Below, piece after piece: positions 26,349-36,081 of a stretch of DNA of 64,000 nucleotides. The position numbers were made by a program, and so were the translations under genes. The DNA comes from Thermococcus sp. Its GTDB lineage: Archaea; Methanobacteriota_B; Thermococci; Thermococcales; Thermococcaceae. Under the pieces are notes generated by a model, which saw only the letters and a program-made list of their open reading frames with translations, had not been told where the DNA came from and ran no database searches. The stretch is from NCBI RefSeq assembly GCF_027052235.1, contig NZ_JALUFF010000081.1, positions 5,136-69,135 on the forward strand. Direction: 5' to 3'. Position 1 is the first letter of the stretch. Each line of letters begins with the position of its first letter.

Positions 26349-26897
26349 GTGTTATCCATGAGACACCAGCTAAAATACATCCTTGTACTTGTTCTTGGCC
26401 TAGTAGCTATCTCCCTTCAGGCTCAGGCCTCGGCAACCTCCCTCAGTACAGACCACTGGGAGTTCACCTACGCCGCCACCTACTACTTTGACGCGACCTT
26501 CTACGGCCACTACGTCTACTTCCCCGACTGGGCACAGGAGCATGTCTGGAACCGGCACGTGCTCGGATATGACATGGACTACAAGTACGAGACTACCTTC
26601 TATCCCCTCGGCCAGCACGTCAAGGGTCGCCACCTTCCCGAGACAATGGACGGCTATGACATGGTCTACCTAATCGAGGATACCATAGAATACGGTGATG
26701 CCCGCTTCCACGGTGACAAAGTTGTGATAACCTACTACCTTCCCTACTGGGAGTACCGTGAATATGGAATAAGCAGGATGAAGGTCGTCCTTGAAAGGGA
26801 ATACTACCGGGGCTACACCTACTACGAGGTCATAACGGCCTATCCAGTATCAGGGCCGGACGTTGCAGTCTACGAGGACGGGCACTGGGTAAATTAA
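26349..26897 (+). CDS. Secreted Tyr-rich protein with a possible BECR/RelE-like RNase pattern
   Basis: N-terminal signal peptide ending AQA-SA; EHVWNRH...TTF...KVVLE...VITAYP. Confidence 0.7.
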   Translation: MLSMRHQLKYILVLVLGLVAISLQAQASATSLSTDHWEFTYAATYYFDATFYGHYVYFPDWAQEHVWNRHVLGYDMDYKYETTFYPLGQHVKGRHLPETMDGYDMVYLIEDTIEYGDARFHGDKVVITYYLPYWEYREYGISRMKVVLEREYYRGYTYYEVITAYPVSGPDVAVYEDGHWVN

Positions 26898-28211
26898 TCA
26901 GAGGCCAAGGCGCTCGGCAATCTCCTCAACGACCCTTTCAATTTCCACCGCCTTCTGTTCACCGCTCTCCATGTCCCTGACGGTTACCTTGCCTCCTTCG
27001 AGGTCTCTCTTTCCTATGAGGACGACGAAGGGAACGCCGAGTCTTCCAGCGTAGTCAAGGGCCTTCCTGAGCTTTCTACCTATAAGCTCAACATCCGCCT
27101 CAATGCCGGCCTCCCTTAGGGCCGTAACGACCTCTATAGCAACTTTCCTAACGACCCTCTCCTGACCTATCGGGATGACGTAAACCTCAGGTTTGAGCTT
27201 CGGCTCAGGGATCAGGCCCCTCCATTCGAGTATTGGGATTAGCCTTTCAAGGCCTATGGCGAAACCCGTTGCTGGAGTTGGCTTCCCCCCAAAGACCTCT
27301 ATCAGGTTGTCGTACCTTCCGCCACCGCCAATGGAGCCTATGCCGAGGTCGTTCGGGGCTATTGCCTCGAAGACTACACTCGTGTAGTAGTCGAAACCGC
27401 GCGCTATTCCGAGGTCAATCCTTATCCACTTGGAGACGCCGTAAGCATCGAGAAGGTCAACGAGTTCGTAGAGCCTTTCTATCTCCTTCTTGGCTTCCTC
27501 GCTCCCGAAGAGCTCTTCCGCCATCGGGAGAACTTCATCAGGCTTCCCTTTGATTTCAACCAGCGAGAGAACCCTTTCAAGGCCTTCATCGCTCAGCCCG
27601 AACTCTTTTAACGCCCCGATAAAATCCTCCCTTGAGAGCTTGTCCTTCTTGTCTATGAGCCTCATGAGGCCTATGTCGTCCCCAACGCCAAGCATCTTGG
27701 CGAACTCGTCGAGGAGAACGCGGTCGCCGATGTTGACCGTGAAGTCCTCCAAACCCGTCGCGAGGTAGCTCTCAACGAAGAGCGCTATAACCTCGGCATC
27801 GGCTTCAACCTTATCGCTCCCGATGAGCTCAACCCCCGCCTGCCAGAACTCCCTAAAGCGGCCGCTCTGCGGTTCCTCATACCTGAACATGTTGGCTATG
27901 TAGTACCACTTCACCGGTTTCGGCGCGTTCTGGAACCTGTTGACATAGAGCCTCGCAACGCTTGAGGTCATGTCAGGCCTCAGCGAGACGTCCCTCCCGC
28001 CTTTATCGAGGAAGGCGTAGAGCTGTTTAACGACCTCCTCACCGCTCCTCAGCCTGAAGAGGTCGGTGTACTCGAAGGTCGGCGTGAGAACCTCGCGGAA
28101 GTTGTAGCGCTCGAAGGTCTCGCGTATCCTCTCGAATACCCACCTTCTCTTCGCCATCTCCTCTGGTAAAAAGTCCCTCGTTCCCTTAACCCGCTCAAGT
28201 CTCATTTCCAT
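26898..28211 (-). CDS. hisS: Histidine--tRNA ligase
   Basis: KGTRDF, LRPDMT, FRYEEPQSGRFREFWQAGVE, RGFDYYT, GGGRYD. Confidence 0.98.
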   Translation of the reverse strand: MEMRLERVKGTRDFLPEEMAKRRWVFERIRETFERYNFREVLTPTFEYTDLFRLRSGEEVVKQLYAFLDKGGRDVSLRPDMTSSVARLYVNRFQNAPKPVKWYYIANMFRYEEPQSGRFREFWQAGVELIGSDKVEADAEVIALFVESYLATGLEDFTVNIGDRVLLDEFAKMLGVGDDIGLMRLIDKKDKLSREDFIGALKEFGLSDEGLERVLSLVEIKGKPDEVLPMAEELFGSEEAKKEIERLYELVDLLDAYGVSKWIRIDLGIARGFDYYTSVVFEAIAPNDLGIGSIGGGGRYDNLIEVFGGKPTPATGFAIGLERLIPILEWRGLIPEPKLKPEVYVIPIGQERVVRKVAIEVVTALREAGIEADVELIGRKLRKALDYAGRLGVPFVVLIGKRDLEGGKVTVRDMESGEQKAVEIERVVEEIAERLGL

Positions 28212-28244
28212 CCCCCAAATAAAGGCTCTCCGAAGGTTAAAAGC

Positions 28245-28862
28245 TTACCCTCCGGCCGTCATCATGAGCAGATATATCCCAATAACGCCCTCCACCATCA
28301 TCTGAGCACCAATCGCCATTATGAAGAGACCGATTATCCTTATCGTGACGCTGAGGAAAGTCTTGTTGACCGATTTCATCATGTAGAGAGCCACGAACAT
28401 CGAGATGGCCACAGTTGCTATCGCTATGGCCGTTGCCGAGAGGGAAACGGTGTAGCCGTATTCAGCGGTCAGGGTTATAACAGCCGTTATGGCAGCTGGG
28501 CCAGCTATGAGGGGCATCGCAACGGGAACCGCCGCTAGAGCCAGTATATCCTTCTCCCTCCTCAGGGTGAACATTCCACCGCTCTCAAGGGCCTCAAGGC
28601 CAATCTTGAAGAGGACGAAGCCCCCGGCAACTTTCAGGGCGTTGATGTCAATGTGGAATATGTCCTGCAGGATTATCTGGCCTGCAACTGCAAAACTCGC
28701 GAGAAGGAGGAAGCCTATGAGGTTGGCCCTTACGATGAGGGCCTTTATGTCCTCTATCCCGAAGTCCTCGCGGAGAAAGGTGACGAGGAGTATTTTGTCG
28801 CTCGGGTCTATCATGATGAGCATGAGCAACGCCGAACTCAGTATCGTGGAGAGCTCGCTCAT
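28245..28862 (-). CDS. MarC-family membrane protein
   Basis: [36 protein letters not shown]. Confidence 0.9.
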   Translation of the reverse strand: MSELSTILSSALLMLIMIDPSDKILLVTFLREDFGIEDIKALIVRANLIGFLLLASFAVAGQIILQDIFHIDINALKVAGGFVLFKIGLEALESGGMFTLRREKDILALAAVPVAMPLIAGPAAITAVITLTAEYGYTVSLSATAIAIATVAISMFVALYMMKSVNKTFLSVTIRIIGLFIMAIGAQMMVEGVIGIYLLMMTAGG

Positions 28863-28908
28863 GTTCGGAAGTGCCGAAACAACCTTAAAAAGCTATGCTA
28901 ACTCCAAA

Positions 28909-28965
28909 GGGCGATGACGAAACCGGCACTGGCTGAGATGTGATGAGTACCCGGTTGGCCGAGCC
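28909..28965 (+). ncRNA. Box C/D guide sRNA candidate
   Basis: C ATGACGA (28914-20), guide AACCGGCACTGG, D' CTGA, C' GTGATGA, guide GTACCCGGTTGG, D CCGA, GGC/GCC terminal stem; TATA CCTTAAAAAG at 28883-92. Confidence 0.75.
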
Positions 28966-28967
28966 TT

Positions 28968-30119
28968 CTACTCCCTTGAGAAAGCCCACTTCAGGAGGAA
29001 GGGCGTTACAACGGTCGTCACTATCACCATCGTCACTGGAATCGCGAATGTCCCGCTGTCGAAGACGCCCTCGTCCAGAGCCACGTTGGCCATTATCAGA
29101 GCCACTTCCATACGCGGTATCATACCGATGCCGACCTGAAGGGCCTCAACGGGCTTGAACCTGGAAACGAAGGCACCGAAGCCACATCCGAATATCTTGC
29201 CCACTATCGCCAGAAGGGAGTAAACGAGGGCGAACGTTCCTGCATGCATGAGAACCCTCACGTCGCTCTCGATTCCTATGCTCACGAGAAAAATCGGAAT
29301 GAAGAGGGAATAGCCTATGGTCATGAACTTCCTGTCAATCTCCCTCGCCTCCTCCGTACTGGCCACGAGGAGTCCCGCCAGATAAGCGCCCGTTATGCCT
29401 GCTATCTGAAACTGCTCGGCAAGGTAGGCAAAGATAAGCATTATAGCTATCGCGAAGGCCGTCACAGTCTCGGGAAGGCTTATCATCTCCGAGAGCTTGA
29501 GCGTTTCCTTGACGGCCGGGTTTCCTATCAGGAGGCCGATGATGAAGTAAAGCCCAACTTCGCCGAGGATTATGAGGAGGTCTTTCATATAGACGCTCCC
29601 GCGAGTGTTTATGCCAACCAGTATCGTGAGCACGATTATGCCGAGGACGTCGTCAACGACGGCAGCAGCCAAGATAGTCGTCCCAACCTTCGTGCGGAGC
29701 TTCTTCAACTCCATCAGAATACTTGTGGTCAGGCCAACGCTTGTGGCCGTTAGAACACCGCCGAGGAACATCGCCTGTATGCCTGAGAAACCCCAAACCA
29801 TCGCCCCAACGTAGCCGAGGATAAAGGGCGTCAGAACCCCGAGGGAGGCAACTATAAAAGCGGGAATGCCAACGTGCTTGAACTCCTCGACGTCGGTCTC
29901 AAGGCCCGCTAGAAAGAGCAGCATGACGACACCAAGGTCTGCGAGGAGCTTGACGCCCTCGTCGTAGCCGACGAGGTTGAGAATGGAGGGCCCTATTATT
30001 ATCCCGCCAATCAGCTGGCCGAGGGCAGCCGGGAAACCGAGGCGAACGGTGATGTAGCCGAAGAGCTTCGCAACTATTAGTATCAGCGCCAGCTCGAGGA
30101 ACACGTCCATGATTATCAT
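28968..30119 (-). CDS. CPA2 cation:proton antiporter (NapA-like)
   Basis: LFLAGLETD, ATSVG, AAVVDD, GMIPRMEV. Confidence 0.92.
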   Translation of the reverse strand: MIIMDVFLELALILIVAKLFGYITVRLGFPAALGQLIGGIIIGPSILNLVGYDEGVKLLADLGVVMLLFLAGLETDVEEFKHVGIPAFIVASLGVLTPFILGYVGAMVWGFSGIQAMFLGGVLTATSVGLTTSILMELKKLRTKVGTTILAAAVVDDVLGIIVLTILVGINTRGSVYMKDLLIILGEVGLYFIIGLLIGNPAVKETLKLSEMISLPETVTAFAIAIMLIFAYLAEQFQIAGITGAYLAGLLVASTEEAREIDRKFMTIGYSLFIPIFLVSIGIESDVRVLMHAGTFALVYSLLAIVGKIFGCGFGAFVSRFKPVEALQVGIGMIPRMEVALIMANVALDEGVFDSGTFAIPVTMVIVTTVVTPFLLKWAFSRE

Positions 30120-30131
30120 CCCGCTTGGCCT

Positions 30132-30698
30132 TTAAGACGAAACGATCCTTATCAGCCTTATTATGTCTTTAACCTCAAGGATGCCGTGAACCTTGTTCTC
30201 ATCGTCTACAACCGGGAGGTGGTGCTTTCCAGTTTCTAGCATCAGCTTTATCGCCCTGCCGAGATCGTCGTCAATCCCTATAGTTATCGGACGTCTCACC
30301 ATTATGTCCTCCACCCGGGAGGCACGGTTTATCGAGTACTTCTTGAGGAGGTTCACCCCCACCACCGTGTACCTCTTTGGGGGCTCGAAGAACCTGAGGA
30401 TGTCCTTCATCGTGATGAACCCGAGAAGTCTTCCCTCCTCATCCACAACAACTGCCGAGGTTTCCTCCCCCCGGAGGCTCTGGATCAGGACGCTCAGTGA
30501 ATCACTCGGAGAAACCCTGAGGAAGTCCCTGTCCATAACTATCCTAACCGGAACCTTGGAGACGTAGCGTATGTTGTGGCTCAGCTCTTCCTTCCGCCGG
30601 AGCTGAATCATTCTGCGCTTGCTGTGGGTTATGTGGGCCTTTCCAGCTTTGCTGGCCTTTCCAGCCAAGACAGTCCCGGATGGCTCCATAGCACTCAC
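30132..30698 (-). CDS. Tandem CBS-domain protein
   Basis: VVVDEEGRLLGFITMKD and LPVVDDENKVHGIL. Confidence 0.88.
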   Translation of the reverse strand: MSAMEPSGTVLAGKASKAGKAHITHSKRRMIQLRRKEELSHNIRYVSKVPVRIVMDRDFLRVSPSDSLSVLIQSLRGEETSAVVVDEEGRLLGFITMKDILRFFEPPKRYTVVGVNLLKKYSINRASRVEDIMVRRPITIGIDDDLGRAIKLMLETGKHHLPVVDDENKVHGILEVKDIIRLIRIVSS

Positions 30699-30848
30699 TA
30701 ATAAGGATATTTCCCCTCAGCGTGTTTAAGTGTTTCGACAGGTTTTTGACATTAAAAGGTCAAAAGTTTCGGAAAAACTGGACAAAATTAAACATTTTTA
30801 TGCCAAAAATTTTTTAAGGGCCAGCCCATAGACCTTGGCAAGGGAAAT

Positions 30849-32309
30849 ATGGTTTCTGGAAACGGAAAAGCCTATGACGTTGTGATTGTAGGTGCCGGCC
30901 CTGCGGGACTTTTCGCGGCCTACGAGCTCTCGGAAAGGAGTGATTTTAGTGTTCTGGTGATAGACGAGGGGGGAGACGTTGATCAAAGGGCCTGCCCGAT
31001 GTACGAGCTCGGCTACTGCATAGGCTGTCAGCCGTGCCACATAATGAGCGGTGTCGGAGGAGCGGGTGGCCTAAGCGACGGGACGATAAACCTCAGGCCG
31101 GACATTGGAGGCGATTTAAGCGAGCTAACTGGCGATGAGAACTACGCCTGGCAACTAGTATGGGAGGTTGACCGGATTTTCTTGAGGCACAAAGCCCCGA
31201 GAAACCTTTTCAGGGGCAATCCCGAGCAGGTTAAATACTGGGAGCAGAGGGCGGCGCAGGCCGGTGTTAAGTTCATCCCGATAATCCAGAGGCACATCGG
31301 CTCCGACAGGACGCCCGAGGTTATAGGCGACATCAAGAGGCACCTTGAGAGCAAAGGAGTGAAGTTCCTCCTCTGGACTAAGGCTCTGGAGTTCGGCCGG
31401 GGATGGGTTAAAGTTAAGCGGGGAAAGGACGTCTTCGAGGTCAGAGCAAAATACATAATCGTCGCACCCGGAAGGGGAGGAGCGGAGTGGTTCCACGACG
31501 TCGCCAAAAGGATAGGCCTGAAGGCAAGGCACGGGCCCATTGACGTTGGAGTTAGGGTTGAGGTTCCGGCAATAGTTATGGACCCGATAACGAGCATAAA
31601 CCACGACCCCAAGTTCCACATCTACACCGACACCTACGACGACTTCGTGAGAACTTTCTGCACAAACCCCAACGGCTTCGTCGTTGAGGAGCGCTACGAC
31701 GGCTACGTTGGCGTTAACGGCCACTCAATGCACGAGAAGAAGAGCAACAACACTAACTTCGCCTTCCTGAGCAGGATTGAACTTACCGAGCCGGTGGAAG
31801 ACACCACAGCCTACGGCAGGAGCATAGCACAGCTGGCAACTACCATAGGGGGAGGAAAGCCGATAATCCAGAGGCTTGGCGATCTCAGGAGGGGGAGGAG
31901 GAGCACCTGGGCGAGGATAAGGAGGAGCGACGTCGAGCCAACACTTAGGCACGTGACTCCGGGGGACATAGCGATGGCACTGCCACACCGCGTCGTCACA
32001 AACATTATAGAGGGCCTTGAGAAGCTCGACAGGGTTCTGCCGGGAGTAGCGAGCGACCACACACTTCTCTACGCGCCGGAGATAAAGTACTACGCGATGA
32101 AAGTTGAGGTTAATGAGAACCTCGAAACGAGCATCGAGAACATCTTCGCGGCCGGCGATGGCGCTGGTTTAAGCAGGGACATCGTTAATGCCGCGGCAAC
32201 CGGCCTCTTGGCGGCAAGGGGAATACTCAAGAAGGAAGGACTATACACGGAGAGGGACTTCAGAAGGCCGGAGAACTGGAAGGAGAAGGTTGAGGGGATG
32301 GAAGCGTGA
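30849..32309 (+). CDS. NAD(P)/FAD-dependent oxidoreductase
   Basis: IVGAGPAG, GVGGAGGLSDG, DVGVRVE, AAGDGAG. Confidence 0.9.
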   Translation: MVSGNGKAYDVVIVGAGPAGLFAAYELSERSDFSVLVIDEGGDVDQRACPMYELGYCIGCQPCHIMSGVGGAGGLSDGTINLRPDIGGDLSELTGDENYAWQLVWEVDRIFLRHKAPRNLFRGNPEQVKYWEQRAAQAGVKFIPIIQRHIGSDRTPEVIGDIKRHLESKGVKFLLWTKALEFGRGWVKVKRGKDVFEVRAKYIIVAPGRGGAEWFHDVAKRIGLKARHGPIDVGVRVEVPAIVMDPITSINHDPKFHIYTDTYDDFVRTFCTNPNGFVVEERYDGYVGVNGHSMHEKKSNNTNFAFLSRIELTEPVEDTTAYGRSIAQLATTIGGGKPIIQRLGDLRRGRRSTWARIRRSDVEPTLRHVTPGDIAMALPHRVVTNIIEGLEKLDRVLPGVASDHTLLYAPEIKYYAMKVEVNENLETSIENIFAAGDGAGLSRDIVNAAATGLLAARGILKKEGLYTERDFRRPENWKEKVEGMEA

Positions 32310-32452
32310 ATCTGACTTCATGGAAAGGGCGTTGTAATCCTTTACTTCTTATTACATTTGATTGTTTTGGAACTTTTTGTTTGTTTTAAGAGTGTTTATT
32401 TAACCACAAAATTTTTATATGTTAATTAACTACTCAAAATTGGTGATTCCTT

Positions 32453-33424
32453 ATGTCGAAGCTTGGTTTGTGGTGGGTTCGGTGGAATGGTTCTGACTAC
32501 GAGTCGAGGATGACTGTCGGAAATAGAAAAGCCACCGTTGAGGACTTCAGGGAGAGGGGTTTTGACAGGATTGTTGTTCTCAGCGGAGAAGGGAGGGGGA
32601 TTAAGTACAGCGGACCATTCTATAATTCGGGATACAACGATGGAAGGGAATTTGCAAGATGGGTATCCAACCACATATACGGGATGCCATTGTATATAAC
32701 AATACCCTTTAGCCGCCCCGAGGGATTTCCACGGGATCAAGTGCAGATACCGTTTGAGTACTCTGGCGTGAACTCATACTACAAGGGCTGGATTGATGGT
32801 GTTCTAAGCGTTGACAACACTGACCTTAATGGATTCTACTGGAGTTACGAGAGTTGCCTTCAGACTACCTCTCACGATGAAGCTCACGTTACAAAGGAGT
32901 TCATCCAGTACATGAGCAACTACATTCGTAATCATGACCAAGAATTAATTTGGATTCCCACCATTGGAGACAGGACTATGGATCAGATAAAGACTTTCTG
33001 TGCTATCCCCACTCTTGCGGGGTATTTTAATCACGTGTTTGTTCAGCCCCATTATTACCAAACTACCAAACTGAGTGATGGGAGTGATTACACATTCCAA
33101 GAACTTGCGTGTCGTGTGGAATGGATGGCCAGCAAAGGCCTTTCCATCGAAATGGAGGCTGACAACAGTATAATTGGTGAAAAAAGCAACTGTGCATACT
33201 GTAAAAGTATTCAAGGTACCTGGGAAGGCGATCATTTCAAAGAAAAAGTTGGATGCGATGAGAACCCGACCTCAGAAACAGAAGAAGAGTGCATTAACCG
33301 TGCATGTGATTATTACAGAGCAATTACAGAAGTAAATCCGAGTGCATTCTCAACGAAAGCCTACTACTTCGGTACAGACCTAAGAGTCGTTGACAGGGTG
33401 AGATCAAAATGTCCAGACTGGTAA
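32453..33424 (+). CDS. DUF4855-like putative glycoside-hydrolase-fold protein
   Basis: GFYWSYE, VFVQPHYY, GLSIEMEAD motifs; AT-rich coding. Confidence 0.65.
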   Translation: MSKLGLWWVRWNGSDYESRMTVGNRKATVEDFRERGFDRIVVLSGEGRGIKYSGPFYNSGYNDGREFARWVSNHIYGMPLYITIPFSRPEGFPRDQVQIPFEYSGVNSYYKGWIDGVLSVDNTDLNGFYWSYESCLQTTSHDEAHVTKEFIQYMSNYIRNHDQELIWIPTIGDRTMDQIKTFCAIPTLAGYFNHVFVQPHYYQTTKLSDGSDYTFQELACRVEWMASKGLSIEMEADNSIIGEKSNCAYCKSIQGTWEGDHFKEKVGCDENPTSETEEECINRACDYYRAITEVNPSAFSTKAYYFGTDLRVVDRVRSKCPDW

Positions 33425-34359
33425 TCCCCATCTTCCTCCTTCTTTTTCTTTCCGCTTCAGTCTCTGCGTATCCTTATGTTAAAGCGCCCGGCGGCCTTTA
33501 TGAAGTTCAGTATTCCGTTCTCTCAAACGGAACCGGGGCATTAATTCACCTCTCGATCCTTCAGTGGGGAATTGACTGTGGAATGACCGACTGCTGGCCG
33601 GCCGTCTTTTACGGTCATGAATACCTCCTTTACTTCAACGGCTCCCACCTCTACCTCCTGAATTTCACACCCGTGCTGAGAACACCCTACGTGGAATATA
33701 AAGGGGCGAGCTTTCTAAATGGGAGCTGGTACATTGAGGTTAAGTATTCCAATGATGAAATTGATAGGTTTTACCGGCTTGACATCAGACATTTCTGTAT
33801 TGAGCCTGCTAACGTTAGTTGGCTCTGGCTTCCAAAGGGGAACGTCAGCGACTCCATATACGGCTGGAAGATTGAGTTGCAGTCGCTGGGTCCCGGTGAG
33901 TGGAGCCACACGAACGTTAGCGACATCTGGATTGCTCTGAATAGAAATGTGAGCAGTTGGTCCCCTGGTCCGGTAACACTGGTGAACTCGAGCGTTTTCC
34001 CTGTCTACTTCACTCTTAAAAAAGACAATAACACGAGGAAGATTGCCATAATCTACGTCAATACAACCAACAACTCCAAAGGATTGATAGAAGGCTTCTG
34101 GTTTCCTAAGAGTGTTAAAATCGTAAATGTAACAGTCTGCAAGTCAACTGTCCCTCAAGAGAATATCACTTTGAACGAAACCAAGACTCAAACGTCTGCC
34201 CAGGGGAGCATCACTCGTTCTTCCACGAACACCATTGAAAAAACGAACAAAACATCGCCCTCACCTCAAACTTCCAGCAAAAAGAGCATTTGCGGACCCG
34301 GACTGATAGTGATTATTGTGGTGGGCACTGTGTTTTTTGTTAGGACGAGACGAGGTTAG
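33409..34359 (+). CDS. CGP-CTERM-anchored surface glycoprotein
   Basis: Signal peptide, many NxS/T sequons, S/T-rich linker, ICGPGLIVIIVVGTVFFVRTRRG tail. Confidence 0.88.
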   Translation: MSRLVIPIFLLLFLSASVSAYPYVKAPGGLYEVQYSVLSNGTGALIHLSILQWGIDCGMTDCWPAVFYGHEYLLYFNGSHLYLLNFTPVLRTPYVEYKGASFLNGSWYIEVKYSNDEIDRFYRLDIRHFCIEPANVSWLWLPKGNVSDSIYGWKIELQSLGPGEWSHTNVSDIWIALNRNVSSWSPGPVTLVNSSVFPVYFTLKKDNNTRKIAIIYVNTTNNSKGLIEGFWFPKSVKIVNVTVCKSTVPQENITLNETKTQTSAQGSITRSSTNTIEKTNKTSPSPQTSSKKSICGPGLIVIIVVGTVFFVRTRRG

Positions 34360-34417
34360 GTCAGCCGGAAGGTTAACGTTAAAAGCCCCCTTTCTCCCCT
34401 ATTTCAGGTGGAGAAAA

Positions 34418-35344
34418 ATGCCCGTGAAATGTAAGTTCTGCGATAAACCAGCCTTCATCAAGCTCCATTACCCAAAAATGTACCTCTGCGAGGAGCACTT
34501 CACAGAGTACTTTGAGAGAAAGGTGAAGCGAACCATCGAACGCTACAAGATGCTCAAGCCGGACGAGAGGGTTCTGGTCGTCGTCTCGGGCGGAAAGGAT
34601 TCAGCGGTTACCGCCTACGTCCTCAAAAAGTTCGGCTACAACACGGAGTGCCTACATATAAACCTCGGGATAGGCGAGTACAGCGAGAAGGGCGAGAGCT
34701 ATGCGAAAAGGCAGTGCGAGAAGATTGGAGCGCCCCTCCACATCGTCCGTGTGAAGGAACTGTTTGGTTATGGCATAGGTGAGGTCAGGACGAGAAGACC
34801 GACGTGCTCCTACTGCGGTCTAACCAAGCGCTACATCTTCAACAAGTTCGCCTACGACAACGGATTTGATGTCATTGCCACGGGGCACAACCTCGACGAC
34901 GAGGCGAGCTTCATATTCAACAACATAATGAACTGGAACACGCAGTATTTGGCAAAGCAGGGACCGGTCACCCCCTCAGCCTTCAACGGCAAGCTGGTGA
35001 AGAAGGTTAAACCGCTTTATGAGGTCACGGAGCGGGAGGTTGTCGCCTACGCTCTGGCGAACGGAATAGAGTACGAGATAGATGAGTGCCCGCACGCGAG
35101 GGGAGCCACAACGCTGGAGTGGAAGGCAATACTAAACGAAATGGAGGAGAAGAGGCCCGGAACTAAAATCAACTTCGTCAAGGGCTATCTGAGGAAGAAA
35201 TACCTCTTCGAGGCCGAGCTGGAGAAGACTGAACTCAGGGAATGCAAAGTTTGCGGAATGCCGTCGAGCGGAGAAGTTTGCTCGTTCTGCAGGTTCTGGG
35301 GGCTTGAGAAGCCGATAGACTTTAGAGTGAAGCCCAAAAGTTGA
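34418..35344 (+). CDS. ttuA: tRNA 2-thiolation enzyme TtuA/Ncs6 family
   Basis: CKFC N-terminus, SGGKDS PP-loop, CSYC, TGHNLDD, C-terminal CKVC...CSFC. Confidence 0.88.
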   Translation: MPVKCKFCDKPAFIKLHYPKMYLCEEHFTEYFERKVKRTIERYKMLKPDERVLVVVSGGKDSAVTAYVLKKFGYNTECLHINLGIGEYSEKGESYAKRQCEKIGAPLHIVRVKELFGYGIGEVRTRRPTCSYCGLTKRYIFNKFAYDNGFDVIATGHNLDDEASFIFNNIMNWNTQYLAKQGPVTPSAFNGKLVKKVKPLYEVTEREVVAYALANGIEYEIDECPHARGATTLEWKAILNEMEEKRPGTKINFVKGYLRKKYLFEAELEKTELRECKVCGMPSSGEVCSFCRFWGLEKPIDFRVKPKS

Positions 35345-35414
35345 AGTTTTACATACCTTTAACGCAACTGATTTAAATTTCTCGTGCCAACTATCTGGTA
35401 AGGGGTGTTACACA

Positions 35415-36074
35415 ATGGGGCTTAGGGAAGTTGCTCTGATCAAGATATGGGAGGAGATAAAACCCGGAGAAACGGTTCTCTTCGAGAGGACAGGAGAGGG
35501 CGACTTAACGCTCGGCCTGTATCATACCCTGACATGGGCAAAGGAGATGGGGTTCAGGGTCGTTATCGTTGATGTGCTCAATACCTACGCAACGCTTGCC
35601 ACAAAAGCCGTTCTTTCGGGTTTTGAGAGCGAGCTTTTCCAGAAGGTAGAGGTAATAAAAGTCGGGGGCACAAAAGTGATCGGAGAAATCGTTGCTTACA
35701 TAACCGAAATTTCAGAACCTACCATACTCACGAAGAAGTTTAAAGAGGCCTATAGGAGGATACTTGAAAACACGGAAGAGCGAATTCTCGCGATAGCGGT
35801 TGGCCTTGAGAAGCTCTTTCTGGTGTCCAACATGAGCCCCCGCGGGATTCAGATTATAGTTGATCACCTATCCGAATACGTGGGAAGACCCGAAAGACTG
35901 GGAGTCTACTTACTAAAGCGGGACATTCTCTCGGGAGAAAAGGAGTTTGTGATAAAGCTCCTTGAGGACATAGCGACCACGGTTATCAGAACTGAGAAAA
36001 GGGGACGGATGACCGAGTTCCACATAATAAAGTCTCTGAACAAGGAGCTGGAGGGTGTCCTGATAAGGGTGTAA
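35415..36074 (+). CDS. DUF257 family (RecA/KaiC-like) protein
   Basis: IKPGETVLFE, GLEKLF, LEDIATTVI patterns. Confidence 0.7.
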   Translation: MGLREVALIKIWEEIKPGETVLFERTGEGDLTLGLYHTLTWAKEMGFRVVIVDVLNTYATLATKAVLSGFESELFQKVEVIKVGGTKVIGEIVAYITEISEPTILTKKFKEAYRRILENTEERILAIAVGLEKLFLVSNMSPRGIQIIVDHLSEYVGRPERLGVYLLKRDILSGEKEFVIKLLEDIATTVIRTEKRGRMTEFHIIKSLNKELEGVLIRV

Positions 36075-36081
36075 AAAAGCA

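Noticed and set aside
34316-34417. N-terminal extension of TtuA overlapping the CGP-CTERM gene
   Set aside because: An RBS (AGGTGG) and ATG at 34418 give the expected CxxC start
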